Source: a virus
Length of the DNA stretch: 64,000 nt
Reading direction: 5' to 3' (one strand)
Virus record (IMG/VR): IMGVR_UViG_3300045996_002640
Span: 29,802 to 93,801 of that record
The notes beneath the pieces were generated by a model. The model ran no database searches, was not told the DNA's origin, and saw only the letters and a program-made list of their open reading frames with translations. The first letter of the stretch is position 1. Each line of letters starts with the position of its first letter. A program made the position numbers and the translations under genes. Positions 9,622-18,874 of this stretch are shown piece by piece.

Positions 9622-10077
9622 TCAGGCCGCCTCGTCTTCGACCTGCCACTCAGAGCCAAGCTCGCCCGCCTCAAACGCCGGCGTGGTGCCGTCGCTGATG
9701 GGGATCGCCGGATCGAGTTGCCCGCGCACCAGGACCGTCCCAGCGCCAGTGCCGAGCGTTCCGAACGAGAACCAGAGGCCCACGCTCGAGCCGCCGGTGC
9801 AGGGCGGGAACACGATCGGCGCCGCGTTCGTCACCACGTTTCCGACGACCGAGAAGCCCGCCGCCGAGCGCACGACCCCTACTCGGGCGTAGCCGGTGTA
9901 CGCGACCTCGTTCGTGGCCTGGCTTCCGTTCGGACCCGGGTCCGCGCTGTGAAGCGCGACGTAGAACTGGCCCGCTGCAGCCGAGGGCTGGAGGCCGTCC
10001 GAATCCCCGATGTCATCGAACGGGATGTTCTGAAAGAGGAGCTTGAGGAGCGCGGTAGCGCTGAGGTTGCCGAGCAT
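9622..10077 (-). CDS. Conserved virion structural protein
   Basis: YVALHSADPG..NEVAYTGYARV..VTNAAPIVFP..G.L..I..G.TP.F.AG.L motif common in phage structural regions. Confidence 0.65.
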   Translation of the reverse strand: MLGNLSATALLKLLFQNIPFDDIGDSDGLQPSAAAGQFYVALHSADPGPNGSQATNEVAYTGYARVGVVRSAAGFSVVGNVVTNAAPIVFPPCTGGSSVGLWFSFGTLGTGAGTVLVRGQLDPAIPISDGTTPAFEAGELGSEWQVEDEAA

Positions 10078-10091
10078 GGTGGGGAGCCTCC

Positions 10092-10128
10092 AAACAGAAA
10101 GACCCGCTCAGGCATAACCCGAGCGGGC
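10092..10128 (-). terminator. Intrinsic terminator after the capsid operon
   Basis: GGCCCGCTCGGG-TTATG-CCTGAGCGGGTC followed by TTTCTGTTT. Confidence 0.7.
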
Positions 10129-10154
10129 CGATCTTGTCTCCTCCGCCTCGCGCT

Positions 10155-10565
10155 TTATTCGAGCTCGACCGCGTCGAGCTTGAGCAAGTGAGCGGCTTCC
10201 TCTTCCGAGCACTCGAACACGGTGCCGGCGGGAATGAAGCCGTCCTTGGCTGCCGGGTGAATCATGCGAATGTCGTTCTTCGCCTTCACCTTACCGGCGA
10301 ACACCTTGGATTTCGCTTTCGTCTTCTTGGGCGAGACCTTGGTGCTGAACACGGGAGGAACGTCGTCCGCGCGCGAAGCGGGCGGTGCCGGCGGAGGCGA
10401 ATCCTCCGATTCGGGAACCTCTTCCTCGGCCTCGGTCTCGAGCTCCTCGTCTTCCGTTTCAGCCTCGGGGGTCGCCGCTTGGGCGCCCTTTTCTTCGGGC
10501 TGGGTCTCGGGCTTGGTCTCGGCGCCGGCCTTCGGGGGCTGGGTCGCCGCTTTTCTCGTTGCCAT
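10155..10565 (-). CDS. Hypothetical protein (acidic low-complexity N-terminus, small C-terminal domain)
   Basis: 136 aa, SD GGAG; IPAGTVFECSEEEAAHLLKLDAVE resembles small domains found after capsid genes. Confidence 0.65.
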   Translation of the reverse strand: MATRKAATQPPKAGAETKPETQPEEKGAQAATPEAETEDEELETEAEEEVPESEDSPPPAPPASRADDVPPVFSTKVSPKKTKAKSKVFAGKVKAKNDIRMIHPAAKDGFIPAGTVFECSEEEAAHLLKLDAVELE

Positions 10566-10587
10566 CAGATCTCCGTCGGGGGGTGTT

Positions 10588-10624
10588 GATAGGGGTCCGA
10601 ACCGCTCGGACTCAGACCCCTATC
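10588..10624. other. Stem-loop just downstream of the major capsid stop codon
   Basis: 10-bp inverted repeat GATAGGGGTC...GACCCCTATC. Confidence 0.5.
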
Positions 10625-10632
10625 ATGCCGGG

Positions 10633-11679
10633 TCACTGAATGACGCCGGAGATCAGACCGCCGACGACCGTGCTGGTCATCTTGGCGATGTCCGCCATGC
10701 TGGTCACGATCATCGTGCCGCCGAGCGGGCCGCGGTCGTTCACGAAGAACTCGCGCGTCTCGAAGCCGGTACCGCTCGGGCCCTTGCGACGGAAGGTGAA
10801 CGTGCTCGCGATGTCCTCGCCCGAGGTCGGAACGCCGGGCGGGGAGTGGGTGGCGACCACGTAGCTGTCCCCGAGGAAGGGAACGATCGAGCCCGCGGCG
10901 TTCCGGTACTTGGCGCCGCAGACGTGCACCACACCGACCGCCGGGATCACGAAGTCGATCATCCGATTGACCGCGCTCGCCTCGTTCAGGCTCTGGATCG
11001 TCGATGCCATCGCGGCGTCGCCGTTCATGAACCGGAAGTGATCGCGCACCTTGTCGTGGCGAATGAAGTAGTTCGCGACCTTCTGGTTCATCCAGAATTC
11101 GACCGGGCTCATGACCGAGCGATCAGCGATCGTCATCAGATCGAAAATCGGGTCGGAGCTCGCCCCGCCGTTCCACTGGAATCCGGCCGCCAGGGTGACC
11201 ACGTTGTTCGCGTTCCACGAACCGGACGTGGTGAGCAGCGTCCAGACGTCGAGCTCGCGGTCGATCTGGAGCGCGCGCTTGCAGCGCTGCATCGCGGCTT
11301 GGCGCGGCTTGAACGCCTTCACCGCGTTGAGCTCGGTCACGGTCGGAACGAACGCGCCGACGAGGCGGTCGACCACCTTGTAGCTCAAGAGCTCGGTCTT
11401 CGCGTCGACCTCGGGCACGCGCTGCTGGTGCGACGCCTTCACGTGCACCGGCTTGAACGCGTCGTCCGAGCTCATGCTCCGGTACTTGTCCTCGTCCACA
11501 TCGACGAGGATGATCTTGCTGGCTTCGTCCGCGCGGTAGTTCGGGACGTTGTAGCCGGCGAGATAGGTGGACATCTCCTCGGCCACGTGGACGTCGGACG
11601 GGCTGAGCGCCAGCGTGACCTTCTGGCCTGCCTTGCCGATCGGGCTGTCCTCGGCGAGGACGATCTCCATGCGTTCCAT
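10633..11679 (-). CDS. Major capsid protein
   Basis: 348 aa; LAGY..YRAD..W....SDPIFD motifs of lambda gpE/Mu gpT-like HK97-fold capsids; follows protease and cement genes. Confidence 0.85.
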   Translation of the reverse strand: MERMEIVLAEDSPIGKAGQKVTLALSPSDVHVAEEMSTYLAGYNVPNYRADEASKIILVDVDEDKYRSMSSDDAFKPVHVKASHQQRVPEVDAKTELLSYKVVDRLVGAFVPTVTELNAVKAFKPRQAAMQRCKRALQIDRELDVWTLLTTSGSWNANNVVTLAAGFQWNGGASSDPIFDLMTIADRSVMSPVEFWMNQKVANYFIRHDKVRDHFRFMNGDAAMASTIQSLNEASAVNRMIDFVIPAVGVVHVCGAKYRNAAGSIVPFLGDSYVVATHSPPGVPTSGEDIASTFTFRRKGPSGTGFETREFFVNDRGPLGGTMIVTSMADIAKMTSTVVGGLISGVIQ

Positions 11680-11772
11680 TTTCTTTGCTCCTGAGAGGTT
11701 CGTTTTTTCCCGGCGCTCTGCCGGCCGATTTCTTTGGATAGAGCTCGGGTGTTGAGGCCCGAGCCCTGTTGG

Positions 11773-12165
11773 TTAGTTCGCCTCGCCGCCCGGACCGGTG
11801 AGCTCGACTTCGAAGTACTCGGTGTTGGCGCCAGCGGTGAGCGCGGTGCCGATCGTGCTGTTGCCCGAGGCAGCGGCCACGCCGTCGCCATCTGCGTCGC
11901 TCGTGACCTGAGCGCCCTGCGCCACCACGCCGCCGCCGAGGACGATCGCGACTCCGCCGATCTGCACGTCGCCGTACTCACCGTTCGGGATGTCGGCCAT
12001 CGCCACGCCGTAGAGCGGGTCGGTCGCCGCCGCGCCCACGCGGATGGTGCCAGGCACGCCCGCGGAGTGGAGCTTGACGATCTTACCCTTGACGATCGTC
12101 GAACCCGAGTCGTTGTAACCCGCCCGGATTTCCGGGGCGATCACGCGTTCCTGATTGAGTCCCAT
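11773..12165 (-). CDS. Capsid cement/decoration protein (DUF2190-like)
   Basis: 130 aa; GVA..GEYGDVQIGGVAIVLGGG..G..VTSDADG..IGTALTA pattern. Confidence 0.75.
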   Translation of the reverse strand: MGLNQERVIAPEIRAGYNDSGSTIVKGKIVKLHSAGVPGTIRVGAAATDPLYGVAMADIPNGEYGDVQIGGVAIVLGGGVVAQGAQVTSDADGDGVAAASGNSTIGTALTAGANTEYFEVELTGPGGEAN

Positions 12166-12217
12166 TTTCTAAATCCTCGTTCTGGAGAGCTGTAGTTTCG
12201 GTCGCCCAGGGTGACGC

Positions 12218-14008
12218 TCAGTCGGTGAACTGGACGCCGCTCGCACGGAGGCCGTGCGCCTCGGCGGTGACCGCATCCCAGTCGAGCTTCGGGTTCTGGG
12301 CCTTGACCCAGTTGCAAACGCGGTCGAAGGAGTTGAGCCCGGAGATCCCGGCGAGGCTCACGCTCTTCACGCCCTCGCCTGCATTGGCGCGACCGACCTG
12401 CTCGAGCCGCACGCCGCCGGCGCCGTCACTCACGAGCCGCGTCTCACCACCGAGCTTGCTCTTCGAAATGCTCTGCAGCAGGTGCGGAGCCTGGCCAGGG
12501 GTGATCGCGCCCGGTGCGGGCAACGGGTACTTCTCGAGGAACTTCGGCTTACCGAGCGTCTTGCGCTCGAGCTTGATCCCAGCGACGACCGACTTGCGGA
12601 ACGTCTCGGGCAAAGCGTCGAAGCCCGGCTGCGAAGCGGCCGCCTTCTCGGCGTCCTCTTCGATCTCCTTATCCTCGGCAGCCGCCTTGGCTTCGCGCAG
12701 CTCCTTGAGCTCGGGCATGAGCGCCTCGAGCTCCTTCACCTGCGTGAACATGTTCGCGATCTTGTCGGTCGCGCCCGCACTGTCCTCGATCCCGAGGGCC
12801 TTGCAGATGGCGCCGAGCTTCTCGACCGCCGACATGGCCTTCGAGGATTCCTCGAGGATCACGGCGTCGATCACGTTCGGCGAGAGGTGTAGGTTCTTCG
12901 CGAGCGCGATACGGAACGACAGAGTCGCATCCGCCGCTTCGAGAACGGCTGCTTCGGTGTCGATGACGCGGAAACGGGTGGCGAGAGCCTTGATGATCGT
13001 CATGTTCTTCTTCTCCAGTACGGCCGGCGCTGGTTCGGCCGGGGAGGGTGCGGGAGCCGGAGCCGGCTCGGGGTTCTTGAGTGCTTCCTCTTCGAGGAGT
13101 CGCTGCAGCAGGTTCGCGCCCGCCGCGAAGACCTCCTCGTTCAAGGAGAGAGCGGGCAGATTGAAGATCTTGCGCATGGCGCCGACGAGCTCGTCGAGCT
13201 CCACGCCGAGGGGCGCCATCCCGGTCCCGACCCATTCCTGGACCAGACCGATCTGCTTGAGGACGTCGCCGATGCCCGCGGTGTTCGCGAGGCCGAACAG
13301 GTTCCGGAGCTTCTCGAGCGCGTCCTTCGGTGAGCTCGCGGCGTCGTAGTAGTAGTACCCGAGACGCGCTTCCGCGGGCTCGCGACGCTCAGCAGCGAGC
13401 GGCGTCATTCCCTCGATAAACGGCTTGTTCGTGAGCGCGATCGACGTCAGGTTCGCGCCGATGTCCGCGCCCGTGACCGGGTCGATCGAGTGGAACAGAA
13501 CTGTGACCGAACTCCACTGGTACCGGCCCTCTTTGACGTACGAGCGCGCCGGCTCGAGCCAAAGCGTGTACGCCCAGAGCTGCACCTTGCCGTCCGCGCC
13601 GACGCGAGTGTTGAGGTCGTAGACCCAGCCTTGCGCGGGGGCTCCGTTCACCGGGATCGAACCGCTCGTCGGGTTCATCTCGGAGGCGTGGTGGAAGTCC
13701 CAGGGAACGACCTTGCTCGCGCCGACGCCCAGTGCATCCGCCTTGTAGGCGGGGTGCGCTCGGAAGTTCTTGATGATCTGGTCGAAGACGCCCTGATCGA
13801 ACTTGAAGGCACCCGCTGAGTACCCGGCGTAGGTTCCCTCTTGCGCGACCTGGACCCACACCGGCTTGTTCTCGTCCGCCGCCGGGAGCGCCGTGGCGTC
13901 GAGCAAGATGGACGCGACCGCCGACATAGAGCCGGGCTTCGCCTTGAGCACCACCGGTTTCGGTTGGGCGCCCAACGCAATCGCGTGAGGGTTTCGGAAT
14001 CGGGGCAT
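12218..14008 (-). CDS. Mu gpI-like prohead protease with C-terminal scaffold
   Basis: DFHH, APAQGWV, W...ARSYVKEGRYQWSS, LTSIALTNKPFIEGMTPL are Mu-like protease motifs; helical C-terminal half. Confidence 0.9.
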   Translation of the reverse strand: MPRFRNPHAIALGAQPKPVVLKAKPGSMSAVASILLDATALPAADENKPVWVQVAQEGTYAGYSAGAFKFDQGVFDQIIKNFRAHPAYKADALGVGASKVVPWDFHHASEMNPTSGSIPVNGAPAQGWVYDLNTRVGADGKVQLWAYTLWLEPARSYVKEGRYQWSSVTVLFHSIDPVTGADIGANLTSIALTNKPFIEGMTPLAAERREPAEARLGYYYYDAASSPKDALEKLRNLFGLANTAGIGDVLKQIGLVQEWVGTGMAPLGVELDELVGAMRKIFNLPALSLNEEVFAAGANLLQRLLEEEALKNPEPAPAPAPSPAEPAPAVLEKKNMTIIKALATRFRVIDTEAAVLEAADATLSFRIALAKNLHLSPNVIDAVILEESSKAMSAVEKLGAICKALGIEDSAGATDKIANMFTQVKELEALMPELKELREAKAAAEDKEIEEDAEKAAASQPGFDALPETFRKSVVAGIKLERKTLGKPKFLEKYPLPAPGAITPGQAPHLLQSISKSKLGGETRLVSDGAGGVRLEQVGRANAGEGVKSVSLAGISGLNSFDRVCNWVKAQNPKLDWDAVTAEAHGLRASGVQFTD

Positions 14009-14451
14009 CAGGAAGCCTGGTCAGCAGCAGCGAAGAAGACTTCGATCACGACCTCGCCGGCGGTGAGGCCGAGCAGCGTGTGGGCACCGTCCGGAGTGAA
14101 CGTCGCCTGGAGCAAGCGACCGCCCTGATCGCCGATTGCCACACCGGCAGTACCAGCGACCGGGTTCGCGCCGCCGGCGGTGCCGCCGAAGACGTCGAAC
14201 GTAGTGACCACTCGGTCCGGGTCCGCGGCGTCGCCGAGGATGAGGCCGACGGCCGAAGCCGCGCCGCCCGTGAACTGAGTCTTCAGGTCGATCGAGCGAC
14301 CGAGGATGACCGCGCCGGAAGGGAAGCGACCGAGGTCGAGCGCCTGAGCGGCACCGTTCGCCGCGGCAGTGAGGTCCGCGTGAGTGATCGTTCGCTTGAA
14401 CTTTCGGACGCGAGCGCCGTACGCCTGGTTGAGCCGTGCGAAGATGTTCAT
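14008..14451 (-). CDS. Hypothetical, possible head decoration protein
   Basis: 147 aa, beta-rich, Gly/Ala-rich, coupled to the protease start. Confidence 0.6.
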   Translation of the reverse strand: MNIFARLNQAYGARVRKFKRTITHADLTAAANGAAQALDLGRFPSGAVILGRSIDLKTQFTGGAASAVGLILGDAADPDRVVTTFDVFGGTAGGANPVAGTAGVAIGDQGGRLLQATFTPDGAHTLLGLTAGEVVIEVFFAAADQAS

Positions 14452-14503
14452 CAGGGTTTCTCCGGGCGTTCTCTAAAAACCGCCTCGAACTTCGCGAACC
14501 CAA

Positions 14504-15109
14504 TCACGCGCGAAGACTGCGTGTCAAGCGCGCTTGATCGACCGAGCGCGCGATCTCGATCAGCCACTCGGCGAACGCGGGAGGTGATTTGCGTCGCTGC
14601 TCGGCGCTGCAGACCTTGATTCCGTCGGGTACTGGACCGCGCGGAGCGTTGCGCGAGCCGCTCGCCCAGTGCGTCGGCACGCCTCCAGTGCGCACGCCTT
14701 GCTCCACGAAATCGCGTGGAGCTCCTACGATGTAGAGCCAGGTCTTTTTGCGAGCGACGTGCCCCCACGCGCATTGCTCGACCTGGATCGTGAAGCCGCC
14801 GTACGTGTCCATGAGCTCGCCGGGGCGAGGGAGCTCGACCAGCTTCCAGAGCGTCGAGTGAGCAGGGTGCTCGAGCACGCCTCCGAACACCCGCACCTGA
14901 GCCACAGCGATCAGCGCGCAATCGTTCTCAGCGCCTTGGTACAGCTGCTTGAGCTTCGAGTAGGGGCCGCACGGAGGATGCGCGACGACCGGCCAGGGCC
15001 CGGCGTACCCGCGCGCGTCGCGCTTCGCATCCCAGCAAAACGACGACCCGAGCAGCTCCGGGTAGGGGCCGTTCGGGTCGATGTAGAGCGCTGCAACTCG
15101 AGCGGTCAT
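14504..15109 (-). CDS. Short C5-cytosine methyltransferase-like protein
   Basis: ATG overlaps the portal stop; VVAHPPCG (motif IV-like), VLEHP (motif VI-like), GH..RKKTWLY (motif VIII-like), TP..FAEWL-like C-terminus. Confidence 0.55.
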   Translation of the reverse strand: MTARVAALYIDPNGPYPELLGSSFCWDAKRDARGYAGPWPVVAHPPCGPYSKLKQLYQGAENDCALIAVAQVRVFGGVLEHPAHSTLWKLVELPRPGELMDTYGGFTIQVEQCAWGHVARKKTWLYIVGAPRDFVEQGVRTGGVPTHWASGSRNAPRGPVPDGIKVCSAEQRRKSPPAFAEWLIEIARSVDQARLTRSLRA

Positions 15110-17778
15110 TCCGGCGGGAACAAGACCGTCGCGTCGAACCCGTCGTCCGGCAGATCCTGAATCTCGGAGCCGGTCCGGATCGTCATTCCCTTGGCGCGCC
15201 TCGGGCTCATCGAGGCGACGCGGCACCGGCAATTGAAGCCCCACGGAGGCCCGCCCTTGGTTCGCCAGAACGAGTCGTCCGCTCTCAAGACCCAGCCGTG
15301 CACCGCGCCGTGCGTCTCGCGCTGCCGAGCGTCGCGCACGGTGTAAATCCGCCAGTAGGGCCGAGCCTCGATGCGCGCCGGCTGGCTCATCTCGGTGCGG
15401 CGTCCGACGTTGTAGGCGTCGACCACGTTCGTCCGGTAGACAGTCTCGAGGTGGCTCGGGTTGAGCGAGCTCATCCCCGCCGACTGGAACCTGTCCTTGA
15501 GGTCCTTGGCAAACGAGTCGAGCGACCGCCCCTCGCTGATGGCGCGGGTGAGCTCGGCCTGCGCGACCGCGAGCGCCTTGTCCGAGGCGAGCCCGGCGAC
15601 CGTGAACGCGCGCTGCTTCGCCGCCGACTGGAGCCGGTCGAAGACCGAGCGCGTAACCGGCTGCTTGCTCTTGAAGTAGCGAACCGCGTCGGCGTACGGC
15701 ATCCGGGTGAAGGTCGGCTTCTTCTGAGTGTTCGGGTCCGGCGCCGCGGGTTGGGCACCCGAGCCGTCGTCGTCCTCGTCATCGTCGCCGCCGCTCGCGA
15801 GCATCACGCGGAGCTCTTCGCGCCGCTCAGCCTCTGCCTTCTCGGTCTCGGGAGTCGGGAACTCCTCCGGCTCGACCACGATTTCGTTATCGGCTTCGTA
15901 CTGGCTATCCAGCATGCCGGTCATCGAGCCCTTATTCACAGCGCTGTTCACCAGGCGCGAGAACGGGAGGAGGTCCAGACGGGCGTGCGCTTTCTTGAGC
16001 GCTCGGTTGATGTCGCTCGCCTTGGTCTTTCCCTCGACTGCTTCGGCCAGCGCCGAAGCCCACCGATCGGTGACCAGGGAGGCCGAACGCACCGACCGCG
16101 TGATGATGTCCTCGAGCGAGCCGTGGATCGTCTCGGGCTGCTTGAGCGCGGGGCCCTTGGCGAGATGGACGTGGCCAGCGTGCGGGTCGCCCTCGAGGTT
16201 CGCGCCGAGACCGGCCATGCGAGCGACCAGCTGGTCGATCATTTCGGAGCTCAGGGCGACCGCTGCAGCGATCGAGATCGGGCCCACGTTGGGCAGCGTC
16301 TTGCTCGGGTCCTCCTCGGTGGGCTTGGCCTCGGTCGGAGCCGGCGAGGGCTCAGGCTCGGGCGTGGACGCCGGCGTGGGGGTCGGCTCCGGCTCGGGGT
16401 CCTCGCCCGGGAACACGACGGTCGGCTGGCGATTGCCGAGCCCGGTCGCGTCGACCATGACCAGCTTCGGTTCGTTCGCGGTCGGGCGCCGGAAGCCGGC
16501 GATCTCGTAAGCCTCGTCCAGCGAGATCTCGAGGCCAGCATTCAGGGCCGCCTGCAGGCGCTCGGTCTCGGCCTTCTGGTCCGTGGGGATCTCGGCCCGG
16601 ATGACGAACTTGGGCGCGTGGGTGAGCGCCGCCGCGCCGAAGTTCAGGGCGATGATCGGGTCGGTGAGCGTGTCCTCGACCGCGCTCGCGACCAGGTCGC
16701 AATCCCCGGTGAAGATCAGCAGCTGGTCGTCCTGCATGATCGAGCTCTGCATCCCAGCGCCGAGGCCGTTCGAGACCGCGTCGGTGGTGCCAGTCTGCCC
16801 GAGCACGAGCTTCGAGATCTGGCGGTCGCTCTCGGCGATGACGTCGCTATGCACCGCGCCGGCGGTCGTCCCCGGCTGCACCGTCTCGAGCTTGGTCCCG
16901 CGCGGCATGCGGACCGAGGTGTTCCCGCCCAGAGCGTCCGCCGCGCGCTCGGCGTCGATCAGGTCCTGCGGCCCCGCTTGACTCTCCTCGTCCACGGTCA
17001 CGATACGCCACGGCTTGCCGAAGAGCTCGAGCAGGATCATTCGGTCGCGCGCGCCGAAGCGCTTGAAGAACGACCAGTACATGCAGCGCGGCGCGAGGCC
17101 CTCGCGCTCCGGGTACTCACCGAAGAGCTGCGGCTTGAACTGGACGAACTTGGGCCAGAGCGCGTCGAGCTCGAGCCCGAGCGGGACGAAGCCACCGCCG
17201 AGGTAGTTGTCGTCCGAAAGCCTGAGCTCACGGCGCGGGCCGAAGTGCAGCCGGCGAGGGTGAATCCAGGAGAGCTCCGCGGCGTACCAGGTGACGCCGC
17301 GCTTGTCCGGCTCGCGCAACACCCACTGGGTCTCGAGCGCCGCGCGCGCGTCGAAGAGCCCCCATGCGAGCTGCCGAATCCCTTGGGCGAACTTCTCGAT
17401 CTTGAGGATCTGCTCCCTGACGATCTCGGCGTAGAGCTTGGCGGTACCGGGGTCGACGCCCGGTCCCTCGGCGGGGATCACGTCCCAGGGCGCCGCCGCG
17501 ATAGCGTTGAACCGCTTGTTGAGCACCGCGGTCAAGTGCGGGTCGAGCGCGCAAGTCTCACGGCTCAGGTCCGTGAGGTCCTTCATGTAGCCGGCCTGCG
17601 CGTTCCGGATGGCGATCTCGATCCGGTCGAGGTTCAGCGACCGGCCGTAGTAGGTGCGCCACTCCTCGGAGCGCGGGGGCTGCTGGTAGATCAGTCGCTT
17701 GAGCTCGTCGGGCGTCGCCGTCGAACGGATCTGACGAGTCTCGGGATAGGCAGTCGCGCGGATAGGATGGCGAGGCAT
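15106..17778 (-). CDS. Portal protein (Mu gp29 / DUF935) fused to a Mu gpF-like head morphogenesis domain
   Basis: Portal motifs (DPHL...R, ELFGKPWR, ISKLVLGQTGTT) followed by gpF motifs (RAFTVAG, HLETVYRTN, RPYWRIYTVRDARQRETH, PPWGFNCRC) in one uninterrupted ORF; start ATG 17778 or GTG 17808. Confidence 0.9.
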   Translation of the reverse strand: MPRHPIRATAYPETRQIRSTATPDELKRLIYQQPPRSEEWRTYYGRSLNLDRIEIAIRNAQAGYMKDLTDLSRETCALDPHLTAVLNKRFNAIAAAPWDVIPAEGPGVDPGTAKLYAEIVREQILKIEKFAQGIRQLAWGLFDARAALETQWVLREPDKRGVTWYAAELSWIHPRRLHFGPRRELRLSDDNYLGGGFVPLGLELDALWPKFVQFKPQLFGEYPEREGLAPRCMYWSFFKRFGARDRMILLELFGKPWRIVTVDEESQAGPQDLIDAERAADALGGNTSVRMPRGTKLETVQPGTTAGAVHSDVIAESDRQISKLVLGQTGTTDAVSNGLGAGMQSSIMQDDQLLIFTGDCDLVASAVEDTLTDPIIALNFGAAALTHAPKFVIRAEIPTDQKAETERLQAALNAGLEISLDEAYEIAGFRRPTANEPKLVMVDATGLGNRQPTVVFPGEDPEPEPTPTPASTPEPEPSPAPTEAKPTEEDPSKTLPNVGPISIAAAVALSSEMIDQLVARMAGLGANLEGDPHAGHVHLAKGPALKQPETIHGSLEDIITRSVRSASLVTDRWASALAEAVEGKTKASDINRALKKAHARLDLLPFSRLVNSAVNKGSMTGMLDSQYEADNEIVVEPEEFPTPETEKAEAERREELRVMLASGGDDDEDDDGSGAQPAAPDPNTQKKPTFTRMPYADAVRYFKSKQPVTRSVFDRLQSAAKQRAFTVAGLASDKALAVAQAELTRAISEGRSLDSFAKDLKDRFQSAGMSSLNPSHLETVYRTNVVDAYNVGRRTEMSQPARIEARPYWRIYTVRDARQRETHGAVHGWVLRADDSFWRTKGGPPWGFNCRCRVASMSPRRAKGMTIRTGSEIQDLPDDGFDATVLFPPE

Positions 17779-17821
17779 CGCGCCCGGGACGGTAACACCC
17801 GGGCGCACGCTCGAACAGGCA

Positions 17822-18259
17822 TCAACTCGCGACCTTGATCAACTCGACGAGCTGTCCAATCAACCCGCGCAGCTCCGCAACACCGCCATTCCGAGCGCGA
17901 CGCTTCGCTTTCGTGACCGGCTTTGCTTTCAACTTCGGTGCAGGCGCGGCGAGAATCGCCGCCTCTTCTTCTCGTTCGTCGCGCATGCGCTTCGCCGCCG
18001 GAAACAGTGCAAAGCCGAAATGCTCCCAGAGCTCGAGCGCCGTTCGAACCCTCGGCTGCACCGTCCAGCGCGGGTTGGTCGCGCTCTCGATCGCTTTCCA
18101 AAGATTCCCCGGATCGACAGGCCGCCCGACTAGGAACTCCAAGTTCACCGCGAGCTCTTTCTTCGTCAGCCGATATTCCAAACGCTTTGCCTCGAACATC
18201 TCAGCCGAGCTCTTAGCAAGTCGAATCCGACGGCCACCGTCAACGCTGATCAAGTTCAT
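17822..18259 (-). CDS. Putative XRE/Cro-type HTH regulator
   Basis: KRLEYRLTKKELA...NLWKAIES pattern; SD AGGA before ATG 18259. Confidence 0.5.
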   Translation of the reverse strand: MNLISVDGGRRIRLAKSSAEMFEAKRLEYRLTKKELAVNLEFLVGRPVDPGNLWKAIESATNPRWTVQPRVRTALELWEHFGFALFPAAKRMRDEREEEAAILAAPAPKLKAKPVTKAKRRARNGGVAELRGLIGQLVELIKVAS

Positions 18260-18303
18260 GTCCTGGTCCTTCTGGGCGTGCACCGCCCAACACCAGGTTG
18301 CCT

Positions 18304-18648
18304 CTACGCCGCGCGAGGTGGCCTTAGTGCCAACGGAAGGGACGAGAGACACCGAGCCGCCGGCGAGGCGTCGTCCGCCAGGAAGGCGAAAGCGGTGAAC
18401 GCCCCGCCGAGGTCGGGCTCGTGGAACAGGACGGGCCGGGCGCCCATCGCTCGGACCCGGGCGTGGGTAGCGCTGAGCCCGGCTTCCCCTCCCCGCTCGC
18501 CCAGGATGGCCACGTTCTGGCTTTCCCGGCGCCAGGCTAGCGCGTCCTCGGGCCTCAGGATGGCGAGCTCCACGGCCGCGTGTAACGCCTGGGCGAGCTC
18601 GAGCCCAGGGGCCAGGTCCTCGCGCACCACCACGTACAACTTCATCAT
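18304..18648 (-). CDS. Peptidyl-tRNA hydrolase, PTH2-like (phage type)
   Basis: LYVVVREDL.PG...AQALHAA..W......VAIL..FHEPDLGGAFTA..LSSLPLAL; SD AAGGA. Confidence 0.75.
   Translation of the reverse strand: MMKLYVVVREDLAPGLELAQALHAAVELAILRPEDALAWRRESQNVAILGERGGEAGLSATHARVRAMGARPVLFHEPDLGGAFTAFAFLADDASPAARCLSSLPLALRPPRAA
18323..18333. promoter_or_regulatory. Operator-like site CTTAGTGCCAA
   Basis: Identical to the arm of the inverted repeat at 29817-29851; upstream of the HTH gene. Confidence 0.4.
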
Positions 18649-18700
18649 GGTCGGTTCCTTTCCGTGAAGGTCGGCTCGAGCCCGAGGCTCGGCTTCACGT

Positions 18701-18778
18701 TGGAGGGCTGAGAGGGATTCGAACCCTCGACCTCCGGGTTCATTACGCCCGGCGCTCTACCACTGAGACTACCAGCCC
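18701..18778 (-). tRNA. tRNA-like gene with 9-nt anticodon loop (no assignable anticodon)
   Basis: GGGCTGG/TCAGCCC acceptor stem plus T-CCA; D arm AGTGGTA; CCGGG-CGTAATGAA-CCCGG; GAGGG-TTCGAAT-CCCTC. Confidence 0.75.
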
Positions 18779-18785
18779 GAAGAAA

Positions 18786-18872
18786 TGGGCGCCCGATTGA
18801 GGACTCGAACCTCCGGCCTACGGTTGCGCGATTACGGCGCTCCCGTCGCTCTGCCGCTGAGCTACTCGGGCG
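18786..18872 (-). tRNA. tRNA-like gene with elongated anticodon arm
   Basis: CGCCCGA/TCGGGCG acceptor stem plus C-CCA; GCTC-AGCGGCA-GAGC D arm; ACGG-GA-GCGC-CGTAATC-GCGC-AA-CCGT; GAGG-TTCGAGT-CCTC. Confidence 0.7.
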
Positions 18873-18874
18873 AA

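Noticed and set aside
18701-18872. Assigning tRNA-Leu(TAA), tRNA-Tyr(GTA) or tRNA-His(ATG)
   Set aside because: Loop sizes or arm lengths are non-canonical and U33 is missing, so no anticodon can be defended.
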